Source of the DNA: Vicugna vicugna
Taxonomy: Eukaryota
Direction: 5' to 3'
DNA: 64,000 nucleotides
Assembly (NCBI GenBank): GCA_013265495.1
Contig: MU057744.1
Span: 2,369,370-2,433,369, forward strand
Positions 1 through 12,750 of this stretch are shown here, in pieces. The position numbers were made by a program, and so were the translations under genes. Under the pieces are notes generated by a model. The model had not been told where the DNA came from. It was given only the letters and a program-made list of their open reading frames with translations, and searched no databases. The first letter of the stretch is position 1, and every line of letters starts with the position of its first letter.

Positions 1-499
1 CTTAAGGTGCATTTTTAAACAAGCGGAAGTCGACTCCTGGCCGCCGAGGTCACGTTCAATAAGCGGCACATTCGGTCTGCTCACTGTTACTGTTGCTGTT
101 CTTAAATTCACCTCCCCGGAGAGGCTCAGAAATACTCTGCTGTAGCAGTTTGTCCTCTCGGTACAAAGAAGTTTCGGTTGAGCCACAGAGCTCGAAACAG
201 TGGTGGCAGAAACCAGGAAAGAAAATGCACTTGAGACAGGAAGGAGACCTTCCGCCCGGTTAGTAAGCGTGAGCCCTCGAAGACACTCGCACATTCGCAG
301 AGCGATCTTGGCGCTCCTTCATCCCCGTGTAGCGAACGGCACACGCACCACCGACAGCCTCCGCCTTTTCACTCTGTCTTCTTTTTCTTTCCGCAGTCCT
401 GGTGGGCTGACAGCATTATTTACTTAGCTTTTCCTTGTGAATTGCCTGTCCTCTCTCACTAGAATACAGGTTCTTTCAGCGCAGGGCCTCTGTTCCCTT

Positions 500-615
500 C
501 AGCGCCGTTTCCTTCCCCTGACACCAGCGCCGTGCCTGGAGCTAGCAGACAATCCACTGAAAAACCAAACCTTTGTGAGGGATGAGCAAACGAACGAACG
601 AATGGCGAATGAGTG
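500..615 (+). mobile_element. L2 LINE 3'-terminal fragment
   Basis: ccagcgccgtgcctggagctagcag...gaacgaacgaatggcgaatgagtg resembles the L2 3' end and its (TGAA)n tail, here shifted to (CGAA)n. Confidence 0.5.
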
Positions 616-929
616 CAGTTCTTTTCAGCAGTACTCAGGGTGTGAGCCAGGGCTTTTTTTTCCACTTTTATTTTTCCCAAATTATGCGAGAGAAGACCAA
701 AAACCTTAGGGGTGGTGGTAAGTGCATTGGTAAGCCGAGGAGATGAATCACTGGCTCTAAGTCAAGAAAACTGAAGACACGATGGGACTGACAGCTTAGA
801 GGAACCCGATGAGCCTCAAGGAGGTTGAAAATACTTTGCAGGAAACACTAAGAGATTGTGTTCAGAATAAGGTGAAGAAAAGAAAGCATTTTATCATTCC
901 ATGTGCAGTTTGGAATGGAAATGGTTCAC

Positions 930-1083
930 GGGGGAGGGTGTAGCTCAGCGGTAGAGCGTGTGCTTAGCATGCACAAGGTCCTGGGTTCAATCCCCAGTCC
1001 CTCCATTAAACAAACAAACAAACAAACAAACCAAACTACTCCCCCCAACAACAACAATAAAAAATATATATATAAAAAAAGAA
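930..1083 (+). mobile_element. tRNA-Ala-derived SINE (camelid Vic-1 type)
   Basis: Head 934-1005 is close to tRNA-Ala(AGC), with A box tagctcagcggta (941-953) and B box ggttcaatcc (984-993). It has an (AAAC)n/A-rich tail and a degenerate TSD gaaatggttcac (918-929) / gaaatgattcat (1084-1095). Confidence 0.9.
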
Positions 1084-1351
1084 GAAATGATTCATACAGA
1101 GTTGATGCTCAAACCCTAAACCTCTTGGCTCCAGAAGTATCTAAATGTAAAACATAACTTAAGTAAGTGAAGTTTCTGGGGTTAAGCTAGCTGTTTCCAG
1201 AAGGGCCCTGTCTTCACTCACTGTCTCACTGAACACAGGAGGGAGCTGGTGGCGGACGCCGGGGTCTCTGCCGCTCTGCCGAGGGCTCTGACATGCTGCC
1301 ACTGATGGCAGAATTTCGGATTAGACAATGAAGTTCAGATCTGAGTGCACA

Positions 1352-1558
1352 GTCCTGTACTGTGATGGCTACCGGTCACACGTGGCTGTTTAAGTTAAGG
1401 TTCATATTAATTCAAATTAATGAAATAAAAACCCCATTCCTCAACCCAGCCAGGTAAACTAAGTGCTCAAGAGTCACATGTGACCAGTGGCTACCGTTTA
1501 GGGCAGAGAGGTATAGAATGTTTCCGTTGTCTCAGAACGTGCTATTGGAGAGTGTTGG
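1352..1558 (-). mobile_element. MER3-like hAT-Charlie MITE
   Basis: cacgtggctgtttaa...aagtgctcaagagtcacatgtgaccagtggctaccgttta...tatagaatgtttcc...ctattggagagtgttg follows the recalled MER3 consensus in reverse orientation. Confidence 0.75.
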
Positions 1559-2792
1559 CGGAGCAGAGAGTTGGCAAGGCACTGGGCGAGCTCAGGAGAG
1601 CTGCAAAATACTTCATTTCGGTGTCTATATTCCTGAATATAAATAACCTGTTAGTTCACTAATGTTGACATACTAGTGTTTGCTCATTTGCATGACAGAT
1701 ACTGAGCCATCATCTCTCTCAAAAGGTAGCACCGGTGTTCTTGAATAAGTTTTTAAATAAGACGTATGGTAGTTATTAGGGATATCAAAGACTCTGAGCA
1801 GATGTGTTCCCCTGGAATCCAGTAACTGATGAATTAAAGAAACTGTGGACGAGATTCTCCCAATGGCAGGAAACAGAGATATTCCCCATACTTGAAAATT
1901 TCATATTAGAAATGCCATGTCTGTCTTAATTTCAACTGCAAATGACATTTTAGACTTCTGTAATTTTCAGAAGGGTCAAAAATAAAATGAGTCGTTAAAA
2001 GAATATGTTAGAGAATAGTGTGCTCAAAGAGCAACATCCTTGGTCTCCCGTGGACTCACTGCAAAGTGGGATGGTGCTCAGCAGGAAGGCTGCACCCCAG
2101 GAGTGGGAAATGACCTGCATACAATCAAACACAGCAAGTAGGAGGTTCCTGCTCACACCTCAGTTTATGCTGCGTTTTCATTCCCGGAATGTATTTCAGG
2201 ACTGAAGAAACAGCCCACTAGTAATACTTATCTGTAAGGCAATTAGTAAACAATGCCCGCAAGGTAGAAGTGCAGGAAGAAACGGAGAGTCACGGGATCC
2301 GTGCCGGGAGGGGACTCGACAAACAGCTCCTTCCAGAGAAAACCCATAAGATGTAATTGAGGGTGGACCTAGGCACCCCACGCCTTCAGGGTGCGAATCA
2401 GTCACGTCGATGGGGAGCAGCCCACGCTCCCCATGTGCAGACTCACAAGCTAGGTTTCACCAGGGAAGACCTCATTGGCCAGAAAAGACAACTGGGTACT
2501 GGATTCTAACTGATCACTCATAGTTCTGGGGCTGGGGCGGCAAGGATCGTGGCTCTGTCAGGCCTACAACTCTGTGTGCTGCCCGGGGGTGTGGAGAACG
2601 GGGTGTGACAGACCCAGACGCACGAGGCGGCACACATGTGAAACAGTACTGAAAAGTAGGAGGCGTATGTGACAGTTTTTGTCCAGTCAATATTGACTGA
2701 AGAGTGACCTGTGTTCCTCCAACATGATGTTTAGTGCTCCTGCAGGGCCTGTTTAGAACACAGTGAGTGGTGCCGGAATGTGTCCCGTAAAC

Positions 2793-2995
2793 CTGCACTG
2801 CCCAGCGCGGAGCCATCAGCCCGGGTCCCTGCTGAGCACTTGAAATGCGGCTGGTCTGAACGGAGACGTGCTCGCAGAGGCAAACGCACGCTGGAATCCA
2901 CAAATGTGGCTGGATAAAAGGATGTGAAGTATCTCACTGAAAATGTTATATTAGTCGCATGTGAGCATAACAATGCTTTGGGTAGATGTGTTGAG
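2793..2995 (+). mobile_element. MER33-like hAT-Charlie fragment
   Basis: ctgagcacttgaaatgcggctggtctgaacggagacgtgct...gatgtgaagtatctcactgaaaatgttatatt matches the recalled MER33 5' half. Confidence 0.65.
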
Positions 2996-3270
2996 GGGCT
3001 GGTTTGATCGGTAATTTATCTTCTGTCCGATTGGACCAACACCCACCCTAATCTGCCTCACTGCGAAGTGTACAGCTAATTGCATCACTGCTGGTCAATG
3101 AGAAATGTCTGGCGATTGTTACTACACAGTGTGCCAAGATCTAGCAGAAGTCTAAAAGGTGTTCTTTTCTTTCATATCAATGGCGTTTTTCTGATTTGAA
3201 ACAATAAAGAGTAAATGCTTTCAGATGAAGGCTGGGTAATAACCCACCTGCAGAAACGTGAGTGGGAAAC

Positions 3271-3679
3271 TGTTACGGAAATGACAGGCCAGCCAAGAAA
3301 CAAGCACCACTCGGAGGGTTGGAGTACTCAGATTTATTACGCCGGCGGGCTCAGAGGGGCTTCTGCTCTGAAGCTCTGAGCACCTCCAAGACGTGCACAT
3401 GAGGTTTTATAGGGTTAATTACAAGTATGGGGCTATTAGCCAATAAGGTTCAAACAACAAAAAGCAAGGAATCAGTACACTGAGCTTATCAATTTGGAAC
3501 AGCTCACGTTACTGACACTTGTTGAGCTTGGATTTATGAGTTAGCTTGTTAGCCCAGTAAACTGACACTAAACTTTAGATTTACAAGTTAGCCCGGCAGA
3601 ACTTACATCAGTAAACCGACACTTATCACACTTAGATTTGTGACTTAGCTTGTTAGCCCAGCTGGGCTTTTCCTTCACA
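3271..3679 (-). mobile_element. Young solo ERV1-class LTR (409 bp)
   Basis: TG...CA termini with perfect 4-bp TSD aaac (3267-3270 and 3680-3683). Minus-strand TATAAAA at 3405-3411, AATAAA at 3333-3338, CCAAT at 3440-3444, and repeated U3 motifs. Confidence 0.9.
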
Positions 3680-4377
3680 AAACTACCCCTTGAAGTGTAA
3701 GGTTCTACTACAAAAAAAGAAATCCTGGAGGCTCTGCCCCGAACCATGTGTGTTAACAAGCCTCTGGATTTCTCTGACGCCCACCAACCTTGGAAAACCT
3801 CTGCTCGCAACGTGATTTGAAATCGTTTCTCCTGGAGGAAGAACACCGACCTTGTGGGAATGGCTAGACAATTTCACGATTCTTTCACCAGAGATTTCCA
3901 TCTCAGGGGAGTTCCCTTTTAACACAATGACACAGAGGCCATCGTGGGAAAGAGGGTCGAGGAAATGATATTCGTCACTCTAAGCTTTCCCAAACCAGTT
4001 TTGGGCAAGGTCACTTTGTGTCCATCCCCAGGCTGGGGGAGGACTGCGGCGGCCACCCCAGGCGGGCTGAACGGCAGTGTGAGAGGCGCTGGAGGTCCGA
4101 GAGTTCAGGAGAGTCTCCTCATCCAGTCTTGGGTTACAGGCATTTGGGTGCGGAGTAGGTATTATGGCCCTAAATTATTAAAGGCAAGGTGCTTCATAAT
4201 TCTGTCATCTGGGTGGGGAGTACTTCTAACTGGAAAGGATATATTGGATAACGAAACCTCTCAGATTCCCTGAAACACGATTGTTTGTGAATTACTGCAT
4301 CAGAATACAATACGGTGTCTTTCAGATGAATGGTTCTTGTCAAGCAGATCACCCTCAGCTGTTTCCTGTCACACCTA

Positions 4378-4758
4378 AGGCCATGCTGCTCAAACCTCAG
4401 TGCTCTACACATCACTGGGGGAATCTGATAAAATGCAGGTTGGGACCTAGTAGGTCTGTGTTCCTAATGAGCTCTTAGTTAACGCTGGTCCACTGACCGC
4501 ACTTTGAATAGTAAAGACATTCACAGACCTTCAGAATCTAAATCTGCATTTTAGCAAGATGTGTGGGTGACTTTTCGGCACATTAAAGTTTGAGAACCAC
4601 AGACAGGAATGATCCACACTGACTCTCAACTCTGGCTGGACTTCATAATCACCTAGAAAGCTCGAATACAATCTGAATTCTTGGACTTAGTCTGGAAGAA
4701 ATGAGTAATTGTGGGGTATAATGTAAGTCACCACATATTTTGAAAAGAGTTCCCCCAG
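4378..4758. mobile_element. MER5A/MER5B-like hAT MITE fragments
   Basis: tgctgctcaaac...ataaaatgcagg, aatctgcattttagcaagat...cacattaaagtttgagaaccac and aatcacctagaaagct are typical MER5 motifs. Confidence 0.6.
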
Positions 4759-4759
4759 T

Positions 4760-5252
4760 CATAGACTCTCAAAGAGGTTCATGTCATAATCCTGAGAACC
4801 TGGATTCTCTTATATGGAGACAGTGACTTTGCGGATGTGATTCATGTTTAAAGGGTCTTGCAATGGGGAGCGGAACCTAGATTACGCAGGTGGGCCCAAC
4901 ATAATCAGGAGAATTTGTAAAAGCAGAGAATGCTTCCCAGCTGTGGTCAGAGAGACTGATGACAGGAGAGGGTGGTGCACAGGAAAAGGGCTGTCCACCT
5001 ACCCATCCTCGCAGGTTTGAGAGTGGACGGATGGGGCTGGCAGCCAGGGAATGACAGAAGCCTCCAGAAGCTGGAAAAGACAAGGAAATGGATTCTCTCC
5101 AAGAGTCTCCAGAAAAGGAGTCAGCCCAGCCAGCACCCTGGTTTTATCCCTGAGACACCAACCAACTTCTGGCCTACAGAACAAGAAGATACATTCCAAG
5201 GCTCTCTGCCTCTGTGATAATTTGTTACACAGCAGGGAAGGAAACCGATACA
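4760..5252 (+). mobile_element. MLT1D/E-like MaLR LTR
   Basis: gactttgcggatgtgatt, gattacgcaggtgggcccaacataatca, agaagctggaaaagacaaggaaatggattctc and 3' end aatttgttacacagcagggaaggaaaccgataca. Confidence 0.8.
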
Positions 5253-6379
5253 CTGGTGGTATTAATACGCAGCCCCTGCTCTTGTGGTCTGCAGAAAGAA
5301 GTGGTTCCCCGAGCTCCCTGTATATAATAAGGGTCCTTAGGTCTGAGCGTTCTTCAAGAATTTCCCAACCAGACTAACCACTCAGATCAGTGTCTGCCAC
5401 GCAGGGGTCTCTGAAGGACTGGGGAACCACTGTTTACCTGCAACCTTGAAATGAAGTACAGTTTTCCTGTGGTGGATGCATTCTGCCCTTAGTCATCTGT
5501 GTGTGATACGCCACAGAGAGCAAGACTTTTTTGGAGAGGACTGGGGAGGGGGGTATCGAGGGTCAGGAAGTAGTTGGAAAAAAGAAGGCAATTGCTTTCC
5601 TCAAGTGTTCGCAGGATTTTCTCATCAGAGTGAAGAACTATTTCATGTATTTATGCTTCTTCAAGTCACTGGATTCTTGAACTATCAACAAAATAGCTAC
5701 ATACCTTTCTTTACCCAAGTTTCTGTCATTTATTAAATTATAACTAGAACATTCAAACAGCTTTTAATAGCTGTCATTAAAAAGACACTTCTGGAAAACA
5801 TTAGAAATCAAAATTTAAGAAAAAATTCAAATTTGGGAATTTCAAGTTCCATGATATGATGGTTTATTTAACCCATCTAAAGTATAAATTAAAGAACCAT
5901 TTTTATTAAAAAAGTGAATTTATGGAGCATTCACTCCTTCCGAAAGGCCTTAATTCAGCAAACTGCGAGGAATGAAAATGGCGATGTAGCTACCTGTGAT
6001 GCTAGTCTTCCTAAGTTCAGAATGTGTGTTTCTGTTCTGCTTAAATGTTTAAATTCTTCCTTAAAAGCAACCTGGACTTGAAGACTGACTGGGGGTACAG
6101 TGCGAAATATAAGCATGGGACGTCTTGATCGCCCGTGTGTTAGCCTGAAAACCGCGTTCTCCTAGAAGCTAGCGGGAGGTTCCATACGATGGTTCACGTA
6201 CTTGTGACGGCAGAGGAGTGACATTTTGCCCACAGCACTGGAGACCTACCTATACAAAGGGGGATAAAAGTATGTTAGCAGAGACAACATGTCCAGTTAT
6301 GAAGGGACATGCAGGCAGTGCAGTTTAAAAGGTGTGCTACAGGTTCAAAATGAAGGTATGAAAATACTGCAGTGATGCT

Positions 6380-6627
6380 AATAATGATATCACAATGGCA
6401 ACCGTCTGATGACTGTGCCCCAGCTGCTGGGTGAGAGGCATCGCTCTTAACCCATCCCATGTGATCCCAGTAAAACACTGGTAACGGCCATGTTTACCTA
6501 TCTTACAAATCATGGAACCGAGACTCACAAAGGTTAAATATCTTACGTAAGGCGACACAAGTAGTCAGACCCTCGGTTTCAAAACCCACTCTTTCTGAAT
6601 GTAAAACCAGTATTACTAACCACTGTG
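6380..6627 (-). mobile_element. MIR SINE
   Basis: Core-like cctatcttacaaatcatggaaccgagactcacaaaggttaaatatctt...aaggcgacacaagtagt. Confidence 0.65.
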
Positions 6628-6944
6628 TTTTATTAAAAGATTAGAATATGGTGGATATAATGCAGTTAAGTCTCAGCAACCTGCCAGGATTCAGAAGACA
6701 AAGAAACACACACACACACAGGCATTCATGCTCTCACACCAACGTATACATTCCTATATTACACAGACCCAGCTTCATTCTAAATAACAGCTTTAGATTT
6801 ATGTGTAAGTAGCAAAATGTGCCAAGACCTAAAACAAGTCACTCCAGTCCGCAGTCAGCAGATGAATGACTTGGATGTGATCAATCAGGAGGTTCGAATT
6901 GCTCTTGGAAGTGGCAGACACACATAAGCACCCTCACTTGGTGT

Positions 6945-7800
6945 ATCAGCCTCTCAAACTTCATATGCCAAAACCATATGCCAACTCTTCCGCTTGCTGC
7001 TCAGGACAACTCTGGCCTCACCTTAACATCTCTCGTCTCTCCCACCTCCCATCTCCTCTGTCAGCAAATACTATGTTTTAGACGCATCCAGGTTATAACC
7101 GTGACGGACACACTGATACCACCGTCGTGGGCTCTCAGACCTGGTCCTCGCTGGGCGTCTACAACAGCTGCCTCTTAGTTGCTGGCCCTTCTTCAGGCCT
7201 TAACTGCTGTCAGTCTATTCTCCACACAGCAGCCAGGCGGAACCCACACAAACTCAAGCCCAGCGGTGCCCCTCTTTGCGCACTGCTCTGCTGGCTCACC
7301 ATCCAGTCAGTCCTCCTTCTTGCCGACGCCACTCGAGACCAGGAGCCCTGAAGATGACCTCACTGCAGTTCTTCCTTCGCTTCCCGCTCATTCCACGAGT
7401 CTTCACGCCTCCTCGGACACCCTGAGAAGACGCCTGCGTCGTGGCTTTGGGCCCTTCCCTCTGCGCTAAGAGGCCTTCTCTGTCTGTAGGACTCACTCAC
7501 GTCTTCCAGACATTTATCCAATGTGTATCTTTTTTCGCTTTCACCAAAAATCTTCCCTCTCCCCCGTACATGCACGTTTTCTCTCTCTCTCGTTTGCTTC
7601 ACTCTTCTGTCTTTGGTTCCTCTCACTCCCTGGCTCACGCTCTCCACGCCTGCCTTCCTTATTGCTATTTCCCGTGCTGCAGACACTCGGAGGCAGCCTC
7701 CATGGGAGCTATGACCGGCGTCCACCTTCTTCTCAGCTGCCGGGGCGGTGATCTGTCCCCTGCAGGCATTCAGTATGTATTTGCAGAGTGAATAAAATAA
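6945..7800 (+). mobile_element. L2 LINE 3' region
   Basis: ctctcaaacttcatatgccaaaac, cagtctattctccacacagcagccag and terminal aggcattcagtatgtatttgcagagtgaataaataa. Confidence 0.75.
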
Positions 7801-7834
7801 AAACAGTGCCTTTTGAAGAACTAATACTTAAGAC

Positions 7835-8060
7835 TGATTTACTACTCAGCAGGCATCAGCGCTGTGTTGAATGCATTATTCGCATGATTTCATTTGCTCT
7901 TTACAACGAATCTATGAGGTATGTCCTAATAGCTGGACACTTTCCAGAGGAAGTAACAGGCTGGGGGACAAATACGGGACAGATGTGGTCACGAGATATT
8001 TTGGTGATGTAGTCTGAGTCTTCTGACACCAGAATCCTCGTCCTTTAACTCACCATTATC
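7835..8060 (-). mobile_element. MIR SINE
   Basis: atttcatttgctctttacaacgaatctatgaggtatg...tttccagaggaagtaacaggct...ctgacaccagaatcctcgtcctttaac. Confidence 0.55.
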
Positions 8061-11000
8061 TAGGTGTGCTCTAAAGCGGTTGTTCATTTATAAATTAGAA
8101 GAACTTTAAACAGTTATTCTGACAAACCATTGGACAGAATTGTACAAGCTGGTAGAGTTGAAGAATTATTTACAGAAAGTTGCCTTTGTTTTAGCTCCTT
8201 TAGCAAAATTCATCATTTTGAAAGAACAGAATTCAACCAAGTTCAGCTTTCTCTCTGAGGACACGTTATGTCACCCTTTCCCCCGAAGGGCCTCCGAGTC
8301 TGTGCGGGAAGGAGAGAGGGGCCCCGGACAGTCATGACCTGCACCGTCTCAGGGTTACAGCTGCTGTAACTCAGGGTTATAGTTCTAGAGAAGAACTGAA
8401 AGAAACACATGCTTCTAGATTGGGCCCAGGGCATATGTGACTCATTGTATCATTTTTAAACGTGCCAGAATTGATGAATATAGCCAGTAAGGAACCTGTG
8501 GTACCCAAGGACTTCACGTCCTTGTGTATCATTTTCATTTTCAGGTCGCTGTTCCCCAGCGTGTGTGAATGGTGTTTATCTCCTCAGGAACGAAGCAGCT
8601 TTCCTTAATCAGAAACAGAGCTCAAGGTGAGGTAGATAGAACGTCACTCTCCTTCAGAGGGAATTGGGCACCTGTAATTCACTCCCTCTGCTGTGGCTGG
8701 GATCTTTGACAGGAAAAGGAAGAGCATTAGAAGAAAAATTAGTGAAAAACAGAATAGTGATTTAAAAATAATCACTGAGACTGCGTCCACCTGGCAGGGA
8801 GCCCTTTTAACTTCCATACCTTCCTGATGGCTAGTTACCACCTTCAGACACAAGCGCAGCTAACGCGTTGTCACGTTTGTATCATTACTTTAATGATATC
8901 ACCAATAAGCAATTGGTTTATGCTAATTAATAATAGTAACCTGAAGTTCAAATAATTCTGAATTATGCTGATAACTAGCCATCTGAATATTCAAATACTT
9001 AATTAAGCACCAAGATAACACTGGAACTTTAAGGTCGAATCCATGGACAAGAGCAGAGAAGCTATTCAGAGATTGGAGCCAAGTAAAATATTAACAATGT
9101 TCCTTCTAATTGTGAACTTGGAGCCAGTTCTAGTTCCAAGTACTTCTAGAAAATATTTCGTAATTTCATGTTTGAACCATGGAATTGCCAATTTTCCAAG
9201 TTGATTGACCTTTTCCACAGGACAAAAGAATTAAATAATCTGGCGTATTGTTGCTCATCAATATCAATTTAAAATCCCACTAGGACAGAAAACCTGCAGT
9301 TTCTGAGGACATACCAATTAAGCAACCAACAGCTGTGTGTTGAAAATGTGCTCTGTGTATGCACTGCCCTGAGGCTAGACGCAGGAAAAAGTATAAGGCC
9401 TCTTCCTTGAGTAAGACATACTCTATTTGAAATATGCAGCCATAAAATAGACCATGGACGATGTTTTTAAAAATTAACGTGTCCAATCTGTTAAGGGTTT
9501 TGATTCCAATGTTTAGAGAGGGGATTAATAATTTAAATGTGAATAATGCGTTTGTGTGTTGGGTTGAATTTTGGCGGAAGAAAGGAAAACGGATAATAGT
9601 AGAAAGACGGGATTTGTATCAGGATGAACAATAAAGCTGAAGAGAAGAAACCACGCAGAAGCCACTGAGGAGTCAAACGAGTAAGTTGCTAATGTGCACT
9701 GGCGTTCTGTTATTACAGCGTTTACTGTGTGAATGGTTTCTGGACTAAGTTCTTGTGTTTCCTACCATAGATGCAAATAATAGCATAAATTCACACGGTG
9801 GGTGCTCATTCTAACCTCACGTTCCCTTTTTTCCTGCCTAACTCTATGTTGACATTTTGAAATACACAGGCTAAGTTTTACTCTACATTATGGCATCATG
9901 AAGTCTGAAATGGCAGCCTTCCGGGGGTTCAGGTCAGTAGGGTGTCTGTGGGGCAGGGACAGAAATTTATGAATGACAAAGGTCAATTCCAAATAAAATA
10001 GCCAAGTGAAGATTTGTGGATATTAAGCTAATGGGCTGAACATAATAATCCAATATTTGGAAAAAGAAAAAAAGAAAAACATACTTTTGTTAACATCCTG
10101 TGTATATGCACATATTTTAAGTGATATTACCTTTGAAAACATGTTTTTTTATTGTTATGATGATCTAAACTTGCCAGGGTTATGAAATCTAAGAGTCTGA
10201 ATAGAAAAGTCATCTATCTTTCATTAAAGGAAGTTTTAATTTACCGTTGTAAGTTTTACACATTCATGGTGAAAAGTCATGTCCTGAATCAAGATTTATT
10301 CATCTTACAACAAGTACCTACTTGAAAATAACCTATAAAAATCTGGAAACAAACCATATGATTCTTGCTCTAAATAAAATTCTAACCTAAGATATAAACC
10401 TACACAAAACTAAAACCTAGGAAGGTTGACACAACCTATGCAAACAAAAACGCCTTTGAGAAAGATTAAACACTCACCTACAATATATCAACCAGACATG
10501 GAGCTCGGAGAGTGATTATTCTTGTTGGAGCAATTTGAAACTGTCTTAAACTTTAAGGAATTTGTACGTAAGGAGAGACTGAATTGGCAGAGAAAGGTGT
10601 GAGGAAGTAATGTGGGAATAAGTCTTTTCATAATTATTAAGCGACTGTCAAATTGATGCTATAATTATTGCTATTTCATATGAACATTTACATAAGGTAA
10701 ATAAAGAAATTAGATATTACTATGGACGTGAGCAGCTGAATCATTAAGAGAGAGGGAGAGAGAGCCTGACTAATAGCTGAATGCAGTAACAGTCACGCGT
10801 CCGTGATTAGAATTAATCCAGCTCTGATCCCTGGTCTAAGACTGAGCAGAGAGAGAAGGAAAGGAGAGGGAGGGAGAGAGAAGGAGCAACGGTAACCGCC
10901 CTTCAAGTAAAGGAGGAGATTCATTTAGACAAGCAAAGAAAGAGGAGAGTGAACGCGCCAACACCAGTGGACAGCAGTCTTCATTGTACGACCCAGCCAA

Positions 11001-11859
11001 AGCTGTTGCTGCTCGTGAAGGGGAAACGCCACCAGCAGATGAGCATTCACTTCTGAACGGTCCTGCTCACCTGCGATGGGCGTCAGCGATGAGGGCACGC
11101 TATACATGCACCTCTTAGGCCCTCTGCTTGGTGTACCAGGCCCTCATTTCCAGGTATTGCTACGTATTGTGCAAGAGACAAAATTTTGCCTTTTAAATTA
11201 CTCATAACAAACTTATGAGTAGACTTGCAGGTGTCTTCCCCGTTCTTCCCAAAACTAAGTGTGAGACTGAAGACGACTAAGGTTTTGGTTTGTCACGTGG
11301 CTTTGGCACAGAGGTGCTTCTAGAATTCTCTATAACTGTTAATGAGTTCTGATGACTAAATCCACATTTTCATAATCACGTGTCGCTGTTATCCGGCAGG
11401 AGGGACTTTCTGTGTGGGAAACTCAAGACTCACGAGTCACTCTTCTTTTATCTGAAGGCTGAGGGTACGACCAGGGCAGGATCTGAAAGGGACATCTAAC
11501 CAGTCAAGGCCTCTGAGGAGGGTTTGTCTCTGACTTATTTAAGAGTTACACTCAATGTAATTTTATTATTAAATGAGTAACTTTTCTGGAATCCCATCTT
11601 TTTTCCACGGTGATGGTCTTTCATTATTCTAGTACAGTCATTGTTCTGAAACTTAATTTACATACTGAGATCCATCTATAGTATTATGATTTTTTTAACT
11701 GCCCTCTTCTACAGCATAAATTACAGATTTAAAAAATTAATTGGGTAACATTTCATTTTTCTCAGCCATAGAAATTTGTATCTTAAGATAAGTAATATAT
11801 CTGCTTTTTGTCTTTGGTAAGAGAAACTCTGAAAATCACTTTTTCAATTTCAGCCGCCT

Positions 11860-12205
11860 GAAGGCTTCCATGTCAAGGGAGAACCATGTAGAGACAACTT
11901 GGAAAGAAAGAGAGAGAGAGGTGGAGACACACAGAGAGACAAAGAAAGAGACAGAGAGGTACCATCCACGGAGCCCCACCACTGCAGCCACCAGCTACTC
12001 TAAGTCTTCCCTTCCTAGGAACCAGGCAAGTGAATAAAGAAGCTTTACAGAAGGTCTCAGCCCAGCCACCATCTGACCACAAACTCTTGAGGAAGCCTGA
12101 GTGAGAGAGTTACCTAATTGAGACACTGAAGCAAAATAAACACAAATAATTATTTAAGCCATGGTTTTGGGATCATTTGTTCCACAGCATAGATAACTGG
12201 ACCAA
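11860..12205 (+). mobile_element. MLT1H-like MaLR LTR, 3' part
   Basis: cagcccagccaccatctgaccacaaactcttgaggaagcctgagtgagag...tttaagccatggttttgggatcatttgttccacagcatagataactggaccaaca. Confidence 0.7.
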
Positions 12206-12750
12206 CATTCATTTTTAAAATTCATAACTATTTAATTGAATTGACACGGACCACAGTTGTTAACATACTGCAAAAATTTACACATGCGTAGATGTTCACA
12301 CTCAAAAGAATATTCTTACAAATGGCTCTGAGATTGTGCTTTTCTCAACAATATGCACACACACGTGAGAGTACACACACACATTTAACACGATGTTGAC
12401 AGGGAAAATGTCTTTCATCAGTATATTCATTGACATTTTAAAATCGAGAAATAAAGTGGTTCCAAATACCCCTTTGTCTTTTGTTTGAAATTGAGGTGGT
12501 AGGCATCTGTGCAGGACCAGCAATTCTCTTGCCCCCAAATTTCTTGCCATTATCTGCCATGGAGGCATGTATAGCAGAGAGGTAAGGGTTTGCAGGAGAT
12601 GTCACAGTGACAATTTCTCTGGTGAGGGCTGGAGGTGTAATGTGGACGTCATCTCCCCCACCCCAGGTAAGTTAAAACGCTGCTGATGACTGATTTAGAA
12701 TCATCCAAGTGGAGGAAGCTTCAGGGAACTATTAAAAAACTGACTTACTT

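Noticed and set aside
934..1005. tRNA-Ala(AGC) gene
   Set aside because: It is followed by an A-rich tail and flanked by a TSD, so it is a SINE head.
3509..3661. Spaced direct repeats resembling a CRISPR-like array
   Set aside because: Irregular, few, and inside an LTR U3 in mammalian DNA.
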